A DNA stretch of 64,000 nt from Neoconidiobolus thromboides FSU 785. Lineage: Eukaryota; Fungi; Entomophthoromycota. The stretch lies in contig MU626258.1 in assembly GCA_025603075.1 (NCBI GenBank), positions 135,457 through 199,456 on the forward strand. Direction: 5' to 3'. Below, piece after piece: positions 38,101-49,307 of this stretch. The translations under genes were made by a program, and so were the position numbers. The notes below the pieces were generated by a model. That model searched no databases, was not told the DNA's origin, and saw only the letters and a list, made by a program, of their open reading frames with translations. Each line of letters begins with the position of its first letter. Positions within the stretch are counted from its first letter, which is position 1.

Positions 38101-39468
38101 TTTAAAATAATTCAATTGCTGATAATATGAATTCTGCTTCAAAAGTGAAAAATTATTTTCTTTATTTAATCTCTGGTTTTCTTCTTCTAATACAGTGATG
38201 GATTTTCTAAGTACCTCCATTTCATCATGAGTATTGTCCTTACTTTTGTTTTGAGATTTAAACTTTATATCTTGCTTATCTGTTTTCTTATCGATTATAC
38301 TATTAGAATCAGCTAATATTTTGTTGTTGTATTTAAGAGATGCGTTTATATTTTCAAGCTCATTTATTTTTTTAAAAAGGGATTCTCTATCTTCACTCCA
38401 ACTTTCTTTTATTCTTTCATTTTCTTCGTTGATATTACTAAGTTGAATGCCCAAATTTTGGTTTTCCTCCCTTAGATTATTTATGTTTTCCTCCAATTCG
38501 GCTATTCTTTCGTCTGAACTCTGATAAGCAATGCCATACTGGTGCTCTTGCCCATTATTGACTCCATTTTCTTTGACTCTATTATTAAGTTCACTTCTAG
38601 CATCGTTTAGGCTAGATTTTAATAATACTTGGCGTTCTTTAAAAAGCTCATTATCCTTTTCAAGATCAGAAATCCTATCTTGAAGCTGCCAATTAAGCTG
38701 AGTAATGGCTTCATGACTTTTGGATTGATGTCGAAATTCTTCGTTTATTTTCTGATATTCATCTTTAGCACTATTCAAAAAATTAATGATGAAATCAAAG
38801 TCATGGATTGATAATTGTAAAAACTGGTTTTTTCGTGGTGGTAATGGATCACTTTGAACCCCCTTATCATTTTCAGAAAATATCGAATCTTTTGGTAAAT
38901 TACTATACTTTAGATTTGGAACAGCAGTGCTTTTAAACTCATTTAGCCTTGTTACTATTTGCTCCATTGTGTTTAAAACATCTGTTTCTATACTATATGT
39001 AGGTGGGTCTACTCCAGGCAACGGGGGCATGAATTCTAATCCATTGGCATTCAGCCCCGAATGGATTGAAATATGATTCGGAACTACAACTCCTTCGTTT
39101 TCTTTGAAAATCTGTAATGCCGATGTACTTTGGGATTTATTAGAGTTACCTGGTGTTATTTTTATACGTTCTTCAGAAGATCTATCTCCTTCATTTTTAA
39201 AAATTTGTGATTCAAATGCACTTTGAGATCTACGCCCATCACCAGATACTATCCTTATATGTTCCACAGGAGAATCTGTAACTGTATTAAGAGGCCCTAA
39301 CTCCGGCGAGCTATATGGTATTGGAGGCGGCAAATCATGCCTTTCGAGATATATACCTGATATACTTTTCGAGCTATCATTAAGCATTTCTCGGAGATAA
39401 GGGGGCATATCATCCATAGAATCTTCTATATCCATGGCATCATTGTAATAGTTTGGTTCACTAGCCAT
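35173..39468 (-). CDS. pcp1: Long coiled-coil protein with a C-terminal PACT domain (pericentrin/Pcp1/Spc110-like spindle-pole scaffold)
   Basis: 1431-aa ORF that is mostly heptad-rich. The C-terminal RERDFRLSLAFQKKY...EQRMIAHLRDMG...RKKLRVCVVVI...EW matches the two-part PACT pattern. Confidence 0.75.
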   Translation of the reverse strand: MASEPNYYNDAMDIEDSMDDMPPYLREMLNDSSKSISGIYLERHDLPPPIPYSSPELGPLNTVTDSPVEHIRIVSGDGRRSQSAFESQIFKNEGDRSSEERIKITPGNSNKSQSTSALQIFKENEGVVVPNHISIHSGLNANGLEFMPPLPGVDPPTYSIETDVLNTMEQIVTRLNEFKSTAVPNLKYSNLPKDSIFSENDKGVQSDPLPPRKNQFLQLSIHDFDFIINFLNSAKDEYQKINEEFRHQSKSHEAITQLNWQLQDRISDLEKDNELFKERQVLLKSSLNDARSELNNRVKENGVNNGQEHQYGIAYQSSDERIAELEENINNLREENQNLGIQLSNINEENERIKESWSEDRESLFKKINELENINASLKYNNKILADSNSIIDKKTDKQDIKFKSQNKSKDNTHDEMEVLRKSITVLEEENQRLNKENNFSLLKQNSYYQQLNYFKEQKDSLEKELNRLKGEYEPENKARSILSQRNNYLEEENKELKDQVEVLKSQRESEIRNLLHGNAYQNVYSQNLNLKKELEDLTLKHSELNSQYRSLSSKTKAMDVKLNKAGLNYENLVKQDQVLTSKQKELQDSNKMLQDEITNMFNLKSELLKQRRALDMDIGSLKTIILSSGKKSIRTLPTGSNIFTEESNKQTFPLMSTPNKQRKSIAMINEEFNSKEKLESMTEKEESFNSSIFDMPSLSYLENDDHNLVMENLQLKDLNDKLLNSKSRVAELEILVQRLNACLDLKAMEIQRDNQSNSLMNSKSMANLARNIESLNKAPKGDEQTIKKIDDLCQLLTTHTQEFHQMIEAEKKAYFLMLEKENLNQDLEKRDQILEKYQAEIERLNFEMQKNKDEITKKRESLTNQEGIVTNEEYSKLNFKVISLNQEIIRLKSELDKAQFDKKNPPVKFLSSEDKSKTEKIEDKVKEFEKAKKVADNVIRFYKRQRDELVDINKEMFATLEKESNENKDLLDKVKHLETRISEEELKNTINDRNLEQKGEANKDLLDKIKIFELRLDEKAVKNVNDLTSLDDFKQVVSENKHLLDKVNYLEARINEEVMKNIIKDKNLEKGSKENKDLLDKVRYLELRLDEKATKNANNLINLADFKKIAAENKDLLDRVKYLELKLDVEAAKNINNITDLDDLKQINIALIEQSKKKGYLNNGRKPKALNKLYNVSTLPEGGNLLENFMNVVKSSSQLHDQLLQIVNTTQFNQELVEFGERLYMSLSSLKINDQYLILHQSILSSPKDSTPQLILDSKSSFTSQPQGPGSSIADEPEVYTYRRPYKDIAYKFLIESKYAKEKLNRERDFRLSLAFQKKYHSIIIRRFEKGEQRMIAHLRDMGFDADDNIYKPVGNMGKPSYNIFSSLTKDPPPSFSPTTAKARKKLRVCVVVIVFQIIAKKSALEWQKITNNYQAEKEEFDKNYPPLVA
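36025..36570 (-). repeat. Intragenic coding repeat in the PACT protein: five units starting (E/A)NK(D/H)LLD(K/R)
   Basis: Two unit types of about 35 and 38 aa in the order a-b-a-b-b, visible at both protein and DNA level. Confidence 0.9.
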
Positions 39469-40156
39469 TTTATTCGAATTTTTGATACAAACCCTTTGCT
39501 ATCTAACTTTATAGTTAAAAGATGCAATATTATAAAAGAGAACAGATTATGATTAAATAGTCTTCCTGTTTTTAATTCCCAAAAGATGAATTATCCTCTG
39601 TTATTTCAATCATGATTTAATCAAATCAAACACGGCTATTTCTTAAATAGTCAGATATTATTGGACTTTGCAAAGTAGAACAATAAAAAGAAGTCGAAAA
39701 TAACTGATAATATATAAACAATAAAAATTATCACCAATTTATTACATTTTCTATATAATCGAGTGGAAATATCAAACATAGATTATACATTAAAAGCAGC
39801 ATTACACTTATTTTGGACTTTTTGAGCTTAATAGTACTAGAGTCAAACTAGAACTACCTTCAAGTAATAGGAATGCCAATATTAAAAATATATCACAATC
39901 TTTATAAAATGCGACCAAAAATATTGAAATACTAGCAAAGATATTATAAGTCAAAAATCAATCACTCACTATAAATTAAAATTAGCATCTTAGAAGTTAA
40001 AACTTATCCTCCGTATAATTATTTAATGCAAGTTAAGTTGATCTTACGATAATTATTTTTACTTTATCTAAAAAATGTTATAAATAATAGAATTAAACTA
40101 ATAGTATAAATTTTTTTGCTCGCTCATTGATAATAATTTATTTTAGTGTAACTAAT

Positions 40157-40637
40157 TCAATCTTCTTTAATTATCCCTCTAGAAATCACTTTTTCCTCTT
40201 CTTCTTTTATCATAATTTGTTCTTTAATAGCTTTTGTTTTACTTTCATATAAAATCGCTGAGTGCTTAATTACGTTTGATACCGGTATTGCCAATCGTTC
40301 AGAAATTTCCTGCCCTAAATCTTTATTAATATTCATATCTTTTAAGTCTTTTAATAAATACAATCTTTTGATTCTTTGATACCAGAATTTAAGAACTCCC
40401 ATAATATTGCTTCTTTTTCTTTTGTCCAGGTCTGCTAAAAAGTTCGTATTATACAATTTATTATATATATATTTATATAACCTTATCGGGTGGAACATAG
40501 GATTCTGGTCGCTTAAAAGGAAGCTTTATTATAACATTTAGAGATTTCATGCCCTCAATTGCATCATTCTTTATGCTATTTACTAATGAGTTATCATCTA
40601 TATTTTCGGATGATGTATTTTTGTTTACTGGATCCAT
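40157..40637 (-). CDS. ATG29: Atg29 N-terminal-domain protein (3 exons)
   Basis: Hand-spliced ...VIIKLPFKRPESYVPPDK|QTWTKEKEAILWEFL...KD|WQEISERLAIPVSNVIKHSAILYE... matches the Atg29_N pattern (RVPFPR...W...LW...DW.E.A.RF.V...LYE). The track ORF is in frame only for the last exon. Confidence 0.7.
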
Positions 40638-41329
40638 ATATTCTTTGTTCTGAGTTCTTAGGTAAGGCCCTATGTATATTTCTACGTATATAATTCGAGA
40701 AATGTTTATAAATATAAAAGATGCATAAAAAGGCTTTGGTTCATTTTTAAAGATACCAAATTTAATCTAGATTATCAGATTTGCCCAATTTATTTCCAAG
40801 CTTAACAAATCTTGACACTAGGCCACCAGATTAAAAAAGTTACAGTCCTCACGCTATGGTTACAAGAGAATATAAAATACTACAGTGAGTATAATCAGTA
40901 GACACATAAATAGGATTATAATTTAAAGCTATGTATGCACTGTAGAGGTTAGGTTTCATATTTATTTAAAGTATTCTAGAATTTAAGTAGTTTACTGTCT
41001 AAAATCAATTTAATTTATATATGTTTATCATTGTAGTATCTATATTGCCCTTCATATCCTAAATATTAATACCTTGTTGATTTTGGTTTATACGAAGCCT
41101 ATAGGATATATAGACGCTTAAGTAGTTAACAAATTACTAATTATTTATTGTATGGCAATTTCAATCTTTCATTAAATCGCTTTAATGTTGAAATATTTTA
41201 ATTCAAAAAAATAATTTTACTATAATGAGTCAAAGTATATATGATTAACAAATTTAATAAGAATCATTTTTTCTAAAAAGATAAAGAATTAAGATTAAAT
41301 ATTGTTTAGCCTTTATAGTACATCATTAT

Positions 41330-41909
41330 TTAGTTCTTTGGTGGAAGAATTACTGCTCCAACTAATCTTCCTTCTTCGATTAAAACATTATATGTCGAGC
41401 ATGCATTTCTCTATATAAAATTAAAAAATGAAAATACTCAAAAAAAACGAAATTTACAGTATCCATTATCTCGATTTGGATTCCAAGAGAATTAAGATAA
41501 GATGTTATTGATTTACCTAATGGTACCATACTTTTACCCATTCCAAATATCATCAGCTCTTTACAAAATTAGTAAAAACTATATAAATTTCAAAAAAAAT
41601 ACCAGGCTTTGGGCGTACAATTTCAAATACTTTTAAACTTTCCAATGGTAGATCATCATCAAAAACTGGCCTTTCAACCTTCCATTGAAAAGGTAGCCCA
41701 TGGATTAAAAGCATTGGACCATCTGAGTTATAGCCTCCAGTTGTCGTAAAACCCTTGCTATTAAACCTTTCTATATAAATTGGAGCTTGTTGTTGATCCT
41801 CAAAAAGTGATGGGAAATTGAGACCACCATCCAACAATCTTCTACTAAGACCAAAGCATCTTTTTTGGTAGAGCAATGATCCTCTGAGTAATTTTGCAAC
41901 TTTAAACAT
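41330..41909 (-). CDS. NDUFAF3: Complex I assembly factor NDUFAF3 (Mth938 domain, 3 exons)
   Basis: Contains LFQW-like LPFQWKV, FEIVRPKP|ELMIFGMG, LGIQIEIMDT|RNACSTYNVLIEEGRLVGAVILP. Confidence 0.9.
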
Positions 41910-42169
41910 TTAAAAAATAGTAGTGTGAGATATTTAGAACTATGTCCAAAGCAAATTAGAATCCTTTTGGGCAAGGGAAGTTTTCTCATTAACTCTTCAT
42001 TTAAAGTTTTAAATTTGATTGGTATTTAATTCTAGATATCCAATTAAACTTATACAAAAAAACTGAGCTTTATAAGTGACCTTGAGACTAATTTGGTAAA
42101 TTAGGAGCTTAATCCATTTAAATCCAACTTTAGCTATTAATCGAGAATCTCTCTTTAAAAGTTTTAAAT

Positions 42170-44227
42170 ATGGTTAGGAATAATCGATCCGTTCGTGGGC
42201 CAAGATCAGCATTAACAAGTTTTTTAGAAGTATTAATTGAATTATACCTAAAAATTAATCTAATCTGTATCTTAGGAACGTGGTATTAGAAACACCAATC
42301 CAGCACCTACTGCACAAAGAAATAGAAATGGTAGTGAAAGCACAACTACAGAAATTCAACAAAATAATCGAGAAGCTACCATCGTTGAAGGAGATGAAGA
42401 GGAAGCTAATCAAGAAACTGCCGAAGTATTTGTAATTGCAAACCCTGGAGTTCAAGAAGTAGAAGCTGAGCCAAGTGGTGTTGTAACAGAATCAAGAGCT
42501 AGACAAACTACGGATGATATAATAATTGAAGGACCGAGCACTAGCAATAGACGACCAAAACGTAACTTGAAAAAAAAAAAAAAAGCGAATAGTGACGATG
42601 ATGATGATGAATATATACCGGATTTAATTCCTGGTGGGGATGATCCTAAGGCGAAATTTAGTACTAAGAAAAAGCCTAATCGCAATGAAGATCGTGATTT
42701 TGAAGGGGTAACTTTTTGTGCTAATTGTCAAAAACGGTTTGTTGTAACTCAAGCCTGTCGAAGAGATAATGGCTCTATTTTTTGTGAATCCTGTACTAAA
42801 AACCCAAAAAATGGTGAGAAAAATAAGATTAATAAAATGAATGCAAAGCAGACTAAAAAGCGACGCCGCAATAATGCATTAACAGGTGGTATTAATTTCT
42901 TTGATAAAGATGAGCTTCCGACATTAATGAGTGTGTGTATACAAGTAAGTTTTTATCTTTATAATTATACCAAATTTATAATATGAATAGATTATTTCTG
43001 ATAATATTGATGACGTCGACTCTTTTGGCGGCATTTCGTCATCATCACTAGTTCAAATTTCTAGAATCTTATCAAAACATAGACGTTTAGATGATTTAAC
43101 GTTGCCATTATTTCTTTCGTCAAATCCGAGTATCATTCATTTATATGATACAGCAAGTAATTTTTATATTGTTCAATAATGATGAAATATTTATATTTTT
43201 AGAATTAAATGAAAATAGTTTATTGAAAATAGCAGATCTAGGAGCCGAAGTCCATGATCTAAAGTTACAATTTTGTGGTCGTATGAATGATGAAATCCTA
43301 TCAACTTATGCTAGTAGCTTCACCAACCTTACTTCATTTACTTTGCACGGGTCTTTTTTAGTCACTGAAACAGGCTTCTCGACTTTTTTTGGAAAACTTG
43401 GTAGCAAGTTAAACCATTTATCAATTCATTTTGCCCCTAAATTTTCATTAAATGCTATGAAATCAGTGGTTGACAATTGTAAGGAACTGAAATCCCTTTC
43501 ATTAAGTTCATGTAGTAAGTTGACGGATGAATGTATTTCATTATTGGTTTATAAAGATGAAATAAGTACCGAAAATAGTAAAATGCTACCAAGCTTACCC
43601 AATTTGGAAAAGTTAGACTTTAGCGATTCTGGAGAACTTTGCTCAGATGAAAGTTTGATTTTGACATTACCAATAATTGGAAAGAAGTTGACTACTTTAA
43701 ATCTTTCAGGATGGAAGAATTTATCCGACGATGCCATTATTTGTGGAATCAAAGAGCATTGTACAAATCTGGGTGACTTAAACTTAGCGAAAGCAGAAAA
43801 ACTTACATCAGAAGGTATTGTAAACCTTTTGACTGGCTTATGTAAAGAAGAATCTATTGGCTTAGGCTTAGATGTGCTAAACTTAAGTAACTGTAGCATT
43901 TTGCTCAATGATACTGTAGTTGAATGTTTATTCAAGTACCATCATTTTAGTATCAAACATTTATATTTAAACGGTTTGGATGGTCTTACTTCTAATGGTT
44001 TAAAAAATGCAATCAATACATATAAACCAAGATTATTAACTACATTGAACGCTTCTTGGGTTAGAGCAATCAGTGACCCTCTCTTGGAAGGCGTTTTTCC
44101 AAATTTAAATTCACTCAAGGATCTAACTGTTTGGGGCTGTCACCAAGTTACTGAATCTCTTACTGTACCAATAGCTATGGAAAATTCCAAGTTTAGGATC
44201 ATTGGGAGAGAATGTGATACACTCTAA
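42170..44227 (+). CDS. RAD7: Nucleotide-excision-repair LRR protein Rad7/Rhp7 (multi-exon)
   Basis: N-terminal VRGPRSALTSFLE, a CxxC...CxxC segment (CANCQKRF...FCESC), LPTLMSVCI, and RNI-like LRRs ending in LTVWGCHQVT...IIGRE. Confidence 0.88.
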
Positions 44228-45175
44228 ATATATATTATCTATGGGGATGAAATCTAATTTATACTCATTCTGTATTTTTCCTAGTAAGCTTAAGAAATCA
44301 TATACCATAATAAATCAATTCAGGTTAGTTTTCTATTCAGAACTTACTCAAGTTTTTATATATTAAAATTATATCAAATTAATGATATTAATCCCATATA
44401 ATTCATTTTTGTCATTGAAAGTTTGGTATATTATTCCATATATCATTTATTGATAATAAAAGCAAACAAATGGTTAAAAAAAACTAGGAGCCTTGTATAA
44501 TTTAAATGCACCAAGGATTTTGGGTTATAAGTTAACAGTATCCTTAAAAGTATGAAACAGAGATTTCAATGTACTATAAAAGTTGATGTAAGCTTATAAC
44601 ATCAAACTTGTTTTTCAACTTTCCAAAGTTATAAAAATTTATTAAATATCAACCAAGCTAAAGACTATCTGTAAAAGAAACCTGAACTCTCTCCCTTTGC
44701 TTAGCCAAAAATATCTTCATTTGACAAAACCAATATGGAAAAAGAAGCTTTACTTTCGAAAATAGCAACTCACTGCGGATTAGATGATTAGCAATAAAAA
44801 TTTTATTGTTTTGGCAATTATTTGAATTTGTAGAAAGTTATAAAATTATTTTACCAAGTAGCCCATTATAGACTGTATCAGCTGTGCCAATTCAAATATA
44901 AAGATATGCAACTATAAACTTGTTTATAAAGAATTAAAAGAACAATAATACTATAAATTTATTGAATTTTAATTGAAGAAAATTTAATAATGAATAAAAA
45001 CAGTAACAAAATAGCTGTACTATTTAGCGAGTTTCATGCATCCTTTAAAGAACATTCGTAATCATACTTCAGAAACCCTTGATTTTATATGAACAAGATA
45101 TAAATAATTTATTTAAAGATTACAAGCTAAAAAACGTTTAACTAAAATTTGTAAAAATGGAAAAGAATTACCTTT

Positions 45176-46272
45176 TTAATGGAAGTGTATTGGACAAGAT
45201 GTATTTTGGAAAAACCATTCTTGGATACAACTTCTATGAAAGCAACATAAACAGTTAAGTCTTGCAATTCTGTCAGCTATTTACAATATATTATTACTGA
45301 TTTAGTATAAGTGTCATAAAACTTTACCTTGTTTGAACTCTTCTAAGCAAATAGTACACTCCTGCCTCAACATTGGAGAATCTTCTTCAAGGGTAAACAC
45401 TGTGATTTTTTAGTTGTTATTAAAATTCAAAAAATAGAGCGTACCTAAATAGCGTGAAGAATTATTCGTCCCATCGAAAGAATTGCCTTCTAAGCAGGCA
45501 TTGATATGTGTTTCATGGTCCTCTTTATTTGCTGAGATAGCAATAAGCCTTTTAGAGCATACAGGACATTCAGTAAGTATACTTGCTTGACTATCTGTTC
45601 GTTTTAATAATACAGGTATTTCAACCGGTGGAAGCCTAGGGCCAGAGCGGATAATTTTATAACATGGATCACAAACTCTTTGAGGAGTGGGTGCCTCTTC
45701 TTCAGAATTTATAGATCCAGAGAGATCGTAAGTTAAATGATAATTTTTTAAATCAATTCTTGCGCTTGAACAACTGTCACAATAGATTAATCCACAACGC
45801 CTTAAATAAAGCATTAATCGCATCAATTATTTTATAAAAAGTAAAAATGTTACCTGCAATGATGACGCCTTACAAATAAACTAAAGGGTTTCTGACAGGA
45901 GCGACATCCTGATACATCACTATCTATTTCCCAAAATTGGCTTTGTAAGGAGATTGGGTTACTATTCTTGTTAGAGTTAATTAATCGTGTAAAGATAGGG
46001 GAGCTTGTTGAAAAATTTGGGTTAAAATAAACTGGATCTGTTTGAGACATACAAATAGAATCTGTTTCATATAGCCTATTATCCATTGTCTCGTTTGAGC
46101 CTTGATTCATATTAATTTCAGTCCTTGTTCTTTGAATAGTAGTTGATGAATTTGTTTCGGTTGTGCCTAAAGATCTTCCTAAATTACCAGTTCTTTGGTC
46201 TCTACTTAAAGAGTTATAATTAGGAGCACTTGAAGATAAGTTAAAGTTTAAATAATTAAATTGATCAAACAT
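45176..46272 (-). CDS. PIB1: FYVE plus RING-H2 E3 ubiquitin ligase, Pib1-like (4 exons)
   Basis: FYVE signature WEID...CRSC...RRHHCR|RCGLIYCDSC...RVCDPC, followed by ECTICLEEF and IARLNCLCCFHRSCIQEWF...CPIH*. Confidence 0.85.
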
Positions 46273-46785
46273 AATATAAAAAGTAAATGTAATAAGTTTT
46301 TAAAAAATGGCTTAAATTGGCATTGTTTTACATTTCACCACAAAAATTAAATTTATTCAATCATTTATAATTTTATTTAGCAAATACTGTAAAAAGTTGC
46401 TAATTTTCCTAATTTGATCCTTTGAAAAAAACGTTTTAAGCATAATTTATATTTAACATTAAAATAAAGCAACAAGACTTCTGAAAAGACTCAATTTGCC
46501 TAGTATTATAATTTAATAAATAATACGCTTACCCTCTCAAGCTATAATTTTATTATACTTTATTAAGTATTGTTTCAGATTAATATAAAATTAAATAGCT
46601 TCGTTATAGCTTTAATATATTAAAGAGCATATAGGCTTTTCATGAGAAATTTTAATTAGACCTAGTTTTTTACACCATATTGGCTATTTTTTAAAATAAA
46701 AATACTTTCAAAATAGCCAACGTTTATTCTCTTACCAGTTATCTGGATAACTCGTCATTTTTCTTGGCAACTATCTTATACATAT

Positions 46786-46882
46786 GGGGATGTATTTTTG
46801 TGTTTAAGAATTTTACTAATAACTTTTCCACTTGAATAGTGCTTAAAAATGGAAAAAGTAATGAAGTTAGAAAAACACTTCT
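46786..46882 (+). mobile_element. MITE family M, copy 9
   Basis: GGGGATG...CACTTCT termini, ATAT/ATAC flanks; lies in the PIB1/C2H2 divergent intergenic region. Confidence 0.9.
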
Positions 46883-47172
46883 ATACACTATTGTTACTTC
46901 TTAAATAGGAATCTTTATTAGTCAAATAAATTTATATTTGTGATAGTTAAGGCTACCAACCCAGAAAAACGCTTAAATAATCTAGACCTTTATCTTATCT
47001 CTTATTATTATAAATAACTTTTTACTTTGGCTCTTATAAATTTTATTGATAAAGCCACTACTTAATTTTTTACTTCAGCTGTTTTTTAAAACATAATGCT
47101 TTGGTTTAAATGTCATAAACTTTTTTGAAACTTGATAACTTAGTGCGCATGATAAGTGTAGGAAAAAGGAAG

Positions 47173-47347
47173 AATAGCGATAGTAGCATTGAAGCAGAAA
47201 GCAAGAAACGAGGGCTGATTACAATAATTTTACAATTAAAAACAAAAATAACAAAATAGCGACAGAAGCATTAGAAAAAAAAAACGAACGAGTGCATATA
47301 GATGTATGTAGGAAATAAAAAAAGGACAATAGCGACAGAAGCATTGA
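47173..47347 (+). repeat. Three spaced copies of AATAGCGA(C/T)AG(A/T)AGCATT upstream of the C2H2 gene
   Basis: Copies start at 47173, 47255 and 47328, with non-repetitive purine-rich spacers. Confidence 0.85.
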
Positions 47348-47368
47348 AACAAGAAATATAGAAAATAG

Positions 47369-48127
47369 ATGAGGAATATAAATATATTAAACAACGTCTC
47401 CATAAAAATGTTTTTTTTGAACTTATTTACCCTTTCAATTATAAAAATAATGATTTTTAATGATTTTTATTTTTCAGACTCTAATCTAATCGATTCTCAA
47501 CAAAACATAGCATTTATAAATGGCACATTAATACAGCATAAAACTAATATTGTATCTTCGGACATGCCTAATGACTCAATTGATCGAGAAGGAGTAAGAT
47601 ATTTAAACCCAAATTTGGTCACATCTTCAATAAGTACTGAGCTTAACCAATGGGGGCTTTTAACAAATACCACAAACAAAACAAATGATGATACTATAAA
47701 TAACTGTATCAATAGTGTTGTGATTGATCATAAAATTGATCGTAGTATCAATCCCAATAATTCTATTGAACACCTAATTAATAAAATTCCAAGCTCAAGA
47801 TCACTAAATGCAAAACGTTGTCCTACTAATAAATGTGAGTGTAAAGATAAAAACAAATGTACTAAAGAATGTATAAAGTCGATAGGGTGCCATCAATGCC
47901 CAGTATGTGGATTAGAATTTTCAAGGAAAAGCTCGATGCGAAGACACGTATTGATTCATATCAAAATAAGGCCTTATCATTGTAAAGATTGTGAGAAATC
48001 TTTTTATAGGTTGGATATTTATAAAAAGCATTTAAATTCCAAACGATGTAAAAGCAATGTTGCTTATAATCATTTGTTAACCATATCACAACAATCACCT
48101 AAACACCAACATTTTACATATTTATAA
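47369..48127 (+). CDS. C2H2 zinc-finger protein (two fingers); the true start may be a downstream ATG
   Basis: CPVCGLEFSRKSSMRRHVLIH, an IKIRPY linker, then CKDCEKSFYRLDIYKKH. Confidence 0.8.
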   Translation: MRNINILNNVSIKMFFLNLFTLSIIKIMIFNDFYFSDSNLIDSQQNIAFINGTLIQHKTNIVSSDMPNDSIDREGVRYLNPNLVTSSISTELNQWGLLTNTTNKTNDDTINNCINSVVIDHKIDRSINPNNSIEHLINKIPSSRSLNAKRCPTNKCECKDKNKCTKECIKSIGCHQCPVCGLEFSRKSSMRRHVLIHIKIRPYHCKDCEKSFYRLDIYKKHLNSKRCKSNVAYNHLLTISQQSPKHQHFTYL

Positions 48128-48461
48128 AAGCAGTTATACTTTTTTATTCAAAAAAATCTTTGATTTAATTATATTACTTTAGTTTTTATTTTTATCTTTT
48201 ATCTATCTTTATTTTTTTTGAAATTTAGTTCGTAGCCTAAAAGTTGTTGTATAAAAACATATATTATTGTAAGAGCGATAGGGTTACATAAAACCTTTTA
48301 ACTTATACATTTTGCTTATCTGCTCTATAATTGAACACTTACATTATTTTTATTATAAACCAACTAGGTAAGTTACAAAAAAAATCATAAAGTCTGCTAA
48401 ACATAATTAAAATTAAAAAAACTATTCATGATCTTGATTTTAGTTTTTCAAACGGACATAT

Positions 48462-48559
48462 GAGGATGTTTTTTTTGATTTCATTACTTTTTCATTTTTT
48501 AAGCGCTATTTCAGTGGAAAAATTGTTAGTAAAATCTTTAAACAAAAAAATACATCCAC
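48462..48559 (-). mobile_element. MITE family M, copy 10
   Basis: GAGGATG...CATCCAC termini, ATAT/ATAC flanks. Confidence 0.9.
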
Positions 48560-48792
48560 ATACTATAGAATGTAAAATGTTGCGAATAATTGAATGTAAG
48601 CGTCCTATAAACATTTAATAAACCTTTTCTTTCATATACATTAATATATATATGATTTTTTTATATTCTTGAAAGAATGTTGGTTAGCTTCCAAGTACTT
48701 TATGTCAGAAATGAACGAACAAATAGATAAATTAAGATAGAGAAGATAATCACCATAAAGTGAGCACTCATGTCTTTTTTGTTTTTATATAT

Positions 48793-48891
48793 GGGGATGT
48801 ATTTTTGTATTTAAGAGTTTTGCTAGTAATTTTTCCACTCAAATAGCGCTTAAAAGATGGAAAAAGTAATGAAGCCAAAAAAAACAATCCC
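48793..48891 (+). mobile_element. MITE family M, copy 11
   Basis: GGGGATG...AATCCC termini, ATAT/ATAT flanks. Confidence 0.92.
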
Positions 48892-48902
48892 ATATAATAT
48901 AT

Positions 48903-49001
48903 AGGGATGTATTTTTAGGTTTGAGAATTTTACTAATAATTTTTCCGCTCAACTGAGCACTTAAAAACTGGAAGAAGTGATGAAATAAAAAGAACATCCC
49001 T
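48903..49001 (+). mobile_element. MITE family M, copy 12 (11 bp after copy 11)
   Basis: AGGGATG...CATCCCT termini, ATAT/ATAT flanks. Confidence 0.92.
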
Positions 49002-49208
49002 ATATAGTAAATTGATATTATAAGGTTGAAATTTTTAAAAATTTAATACTTAATTATTTAAACATTAAATGTGTTTCTTAAATTAATAGTTTCTTTAATA
49101 AATTTAAGACTAAAAATTTAAAAAAGATTTAAAACAAGTAATTAGTTGTTAACTATTATTATTTGTTATTTTGAAAATCATTTATTTATACTAGAACTTT
49201 GTATATAT

Positions 49209-49307
49209 GGGGATGTATTTTTTGGTTTCATTACTTTTTTCAGTTTTTAAGTGCTAATTGAACGGAAAAATTATTAGTAAAATTCTCAAACCTAAAAACA
49301 CATCTCT
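49209..49307 (-). mobile_element. MITE family M, copy 13
   Basis: GGGGATG...CATCTCT termini; inverted sister of copy 12. Confidence 0.9.

Noticed and set aside
36011-38811. Several + strand ORFs (S/L/F-rich) opposite the PACT gene
   Set aside because: These are antisense shadows of the K/E-rich coiled-coil coding sequence.
47173-47347. CRISPR-like reading of the spaced 18-mer repeats, and of the MITE clusters
   Set aside because: The context is eukaryotic, there are only three short repeats with irregular spacing, and no cas genes are present. The MITEs have TIRs and TSDs and occur in both orientations.
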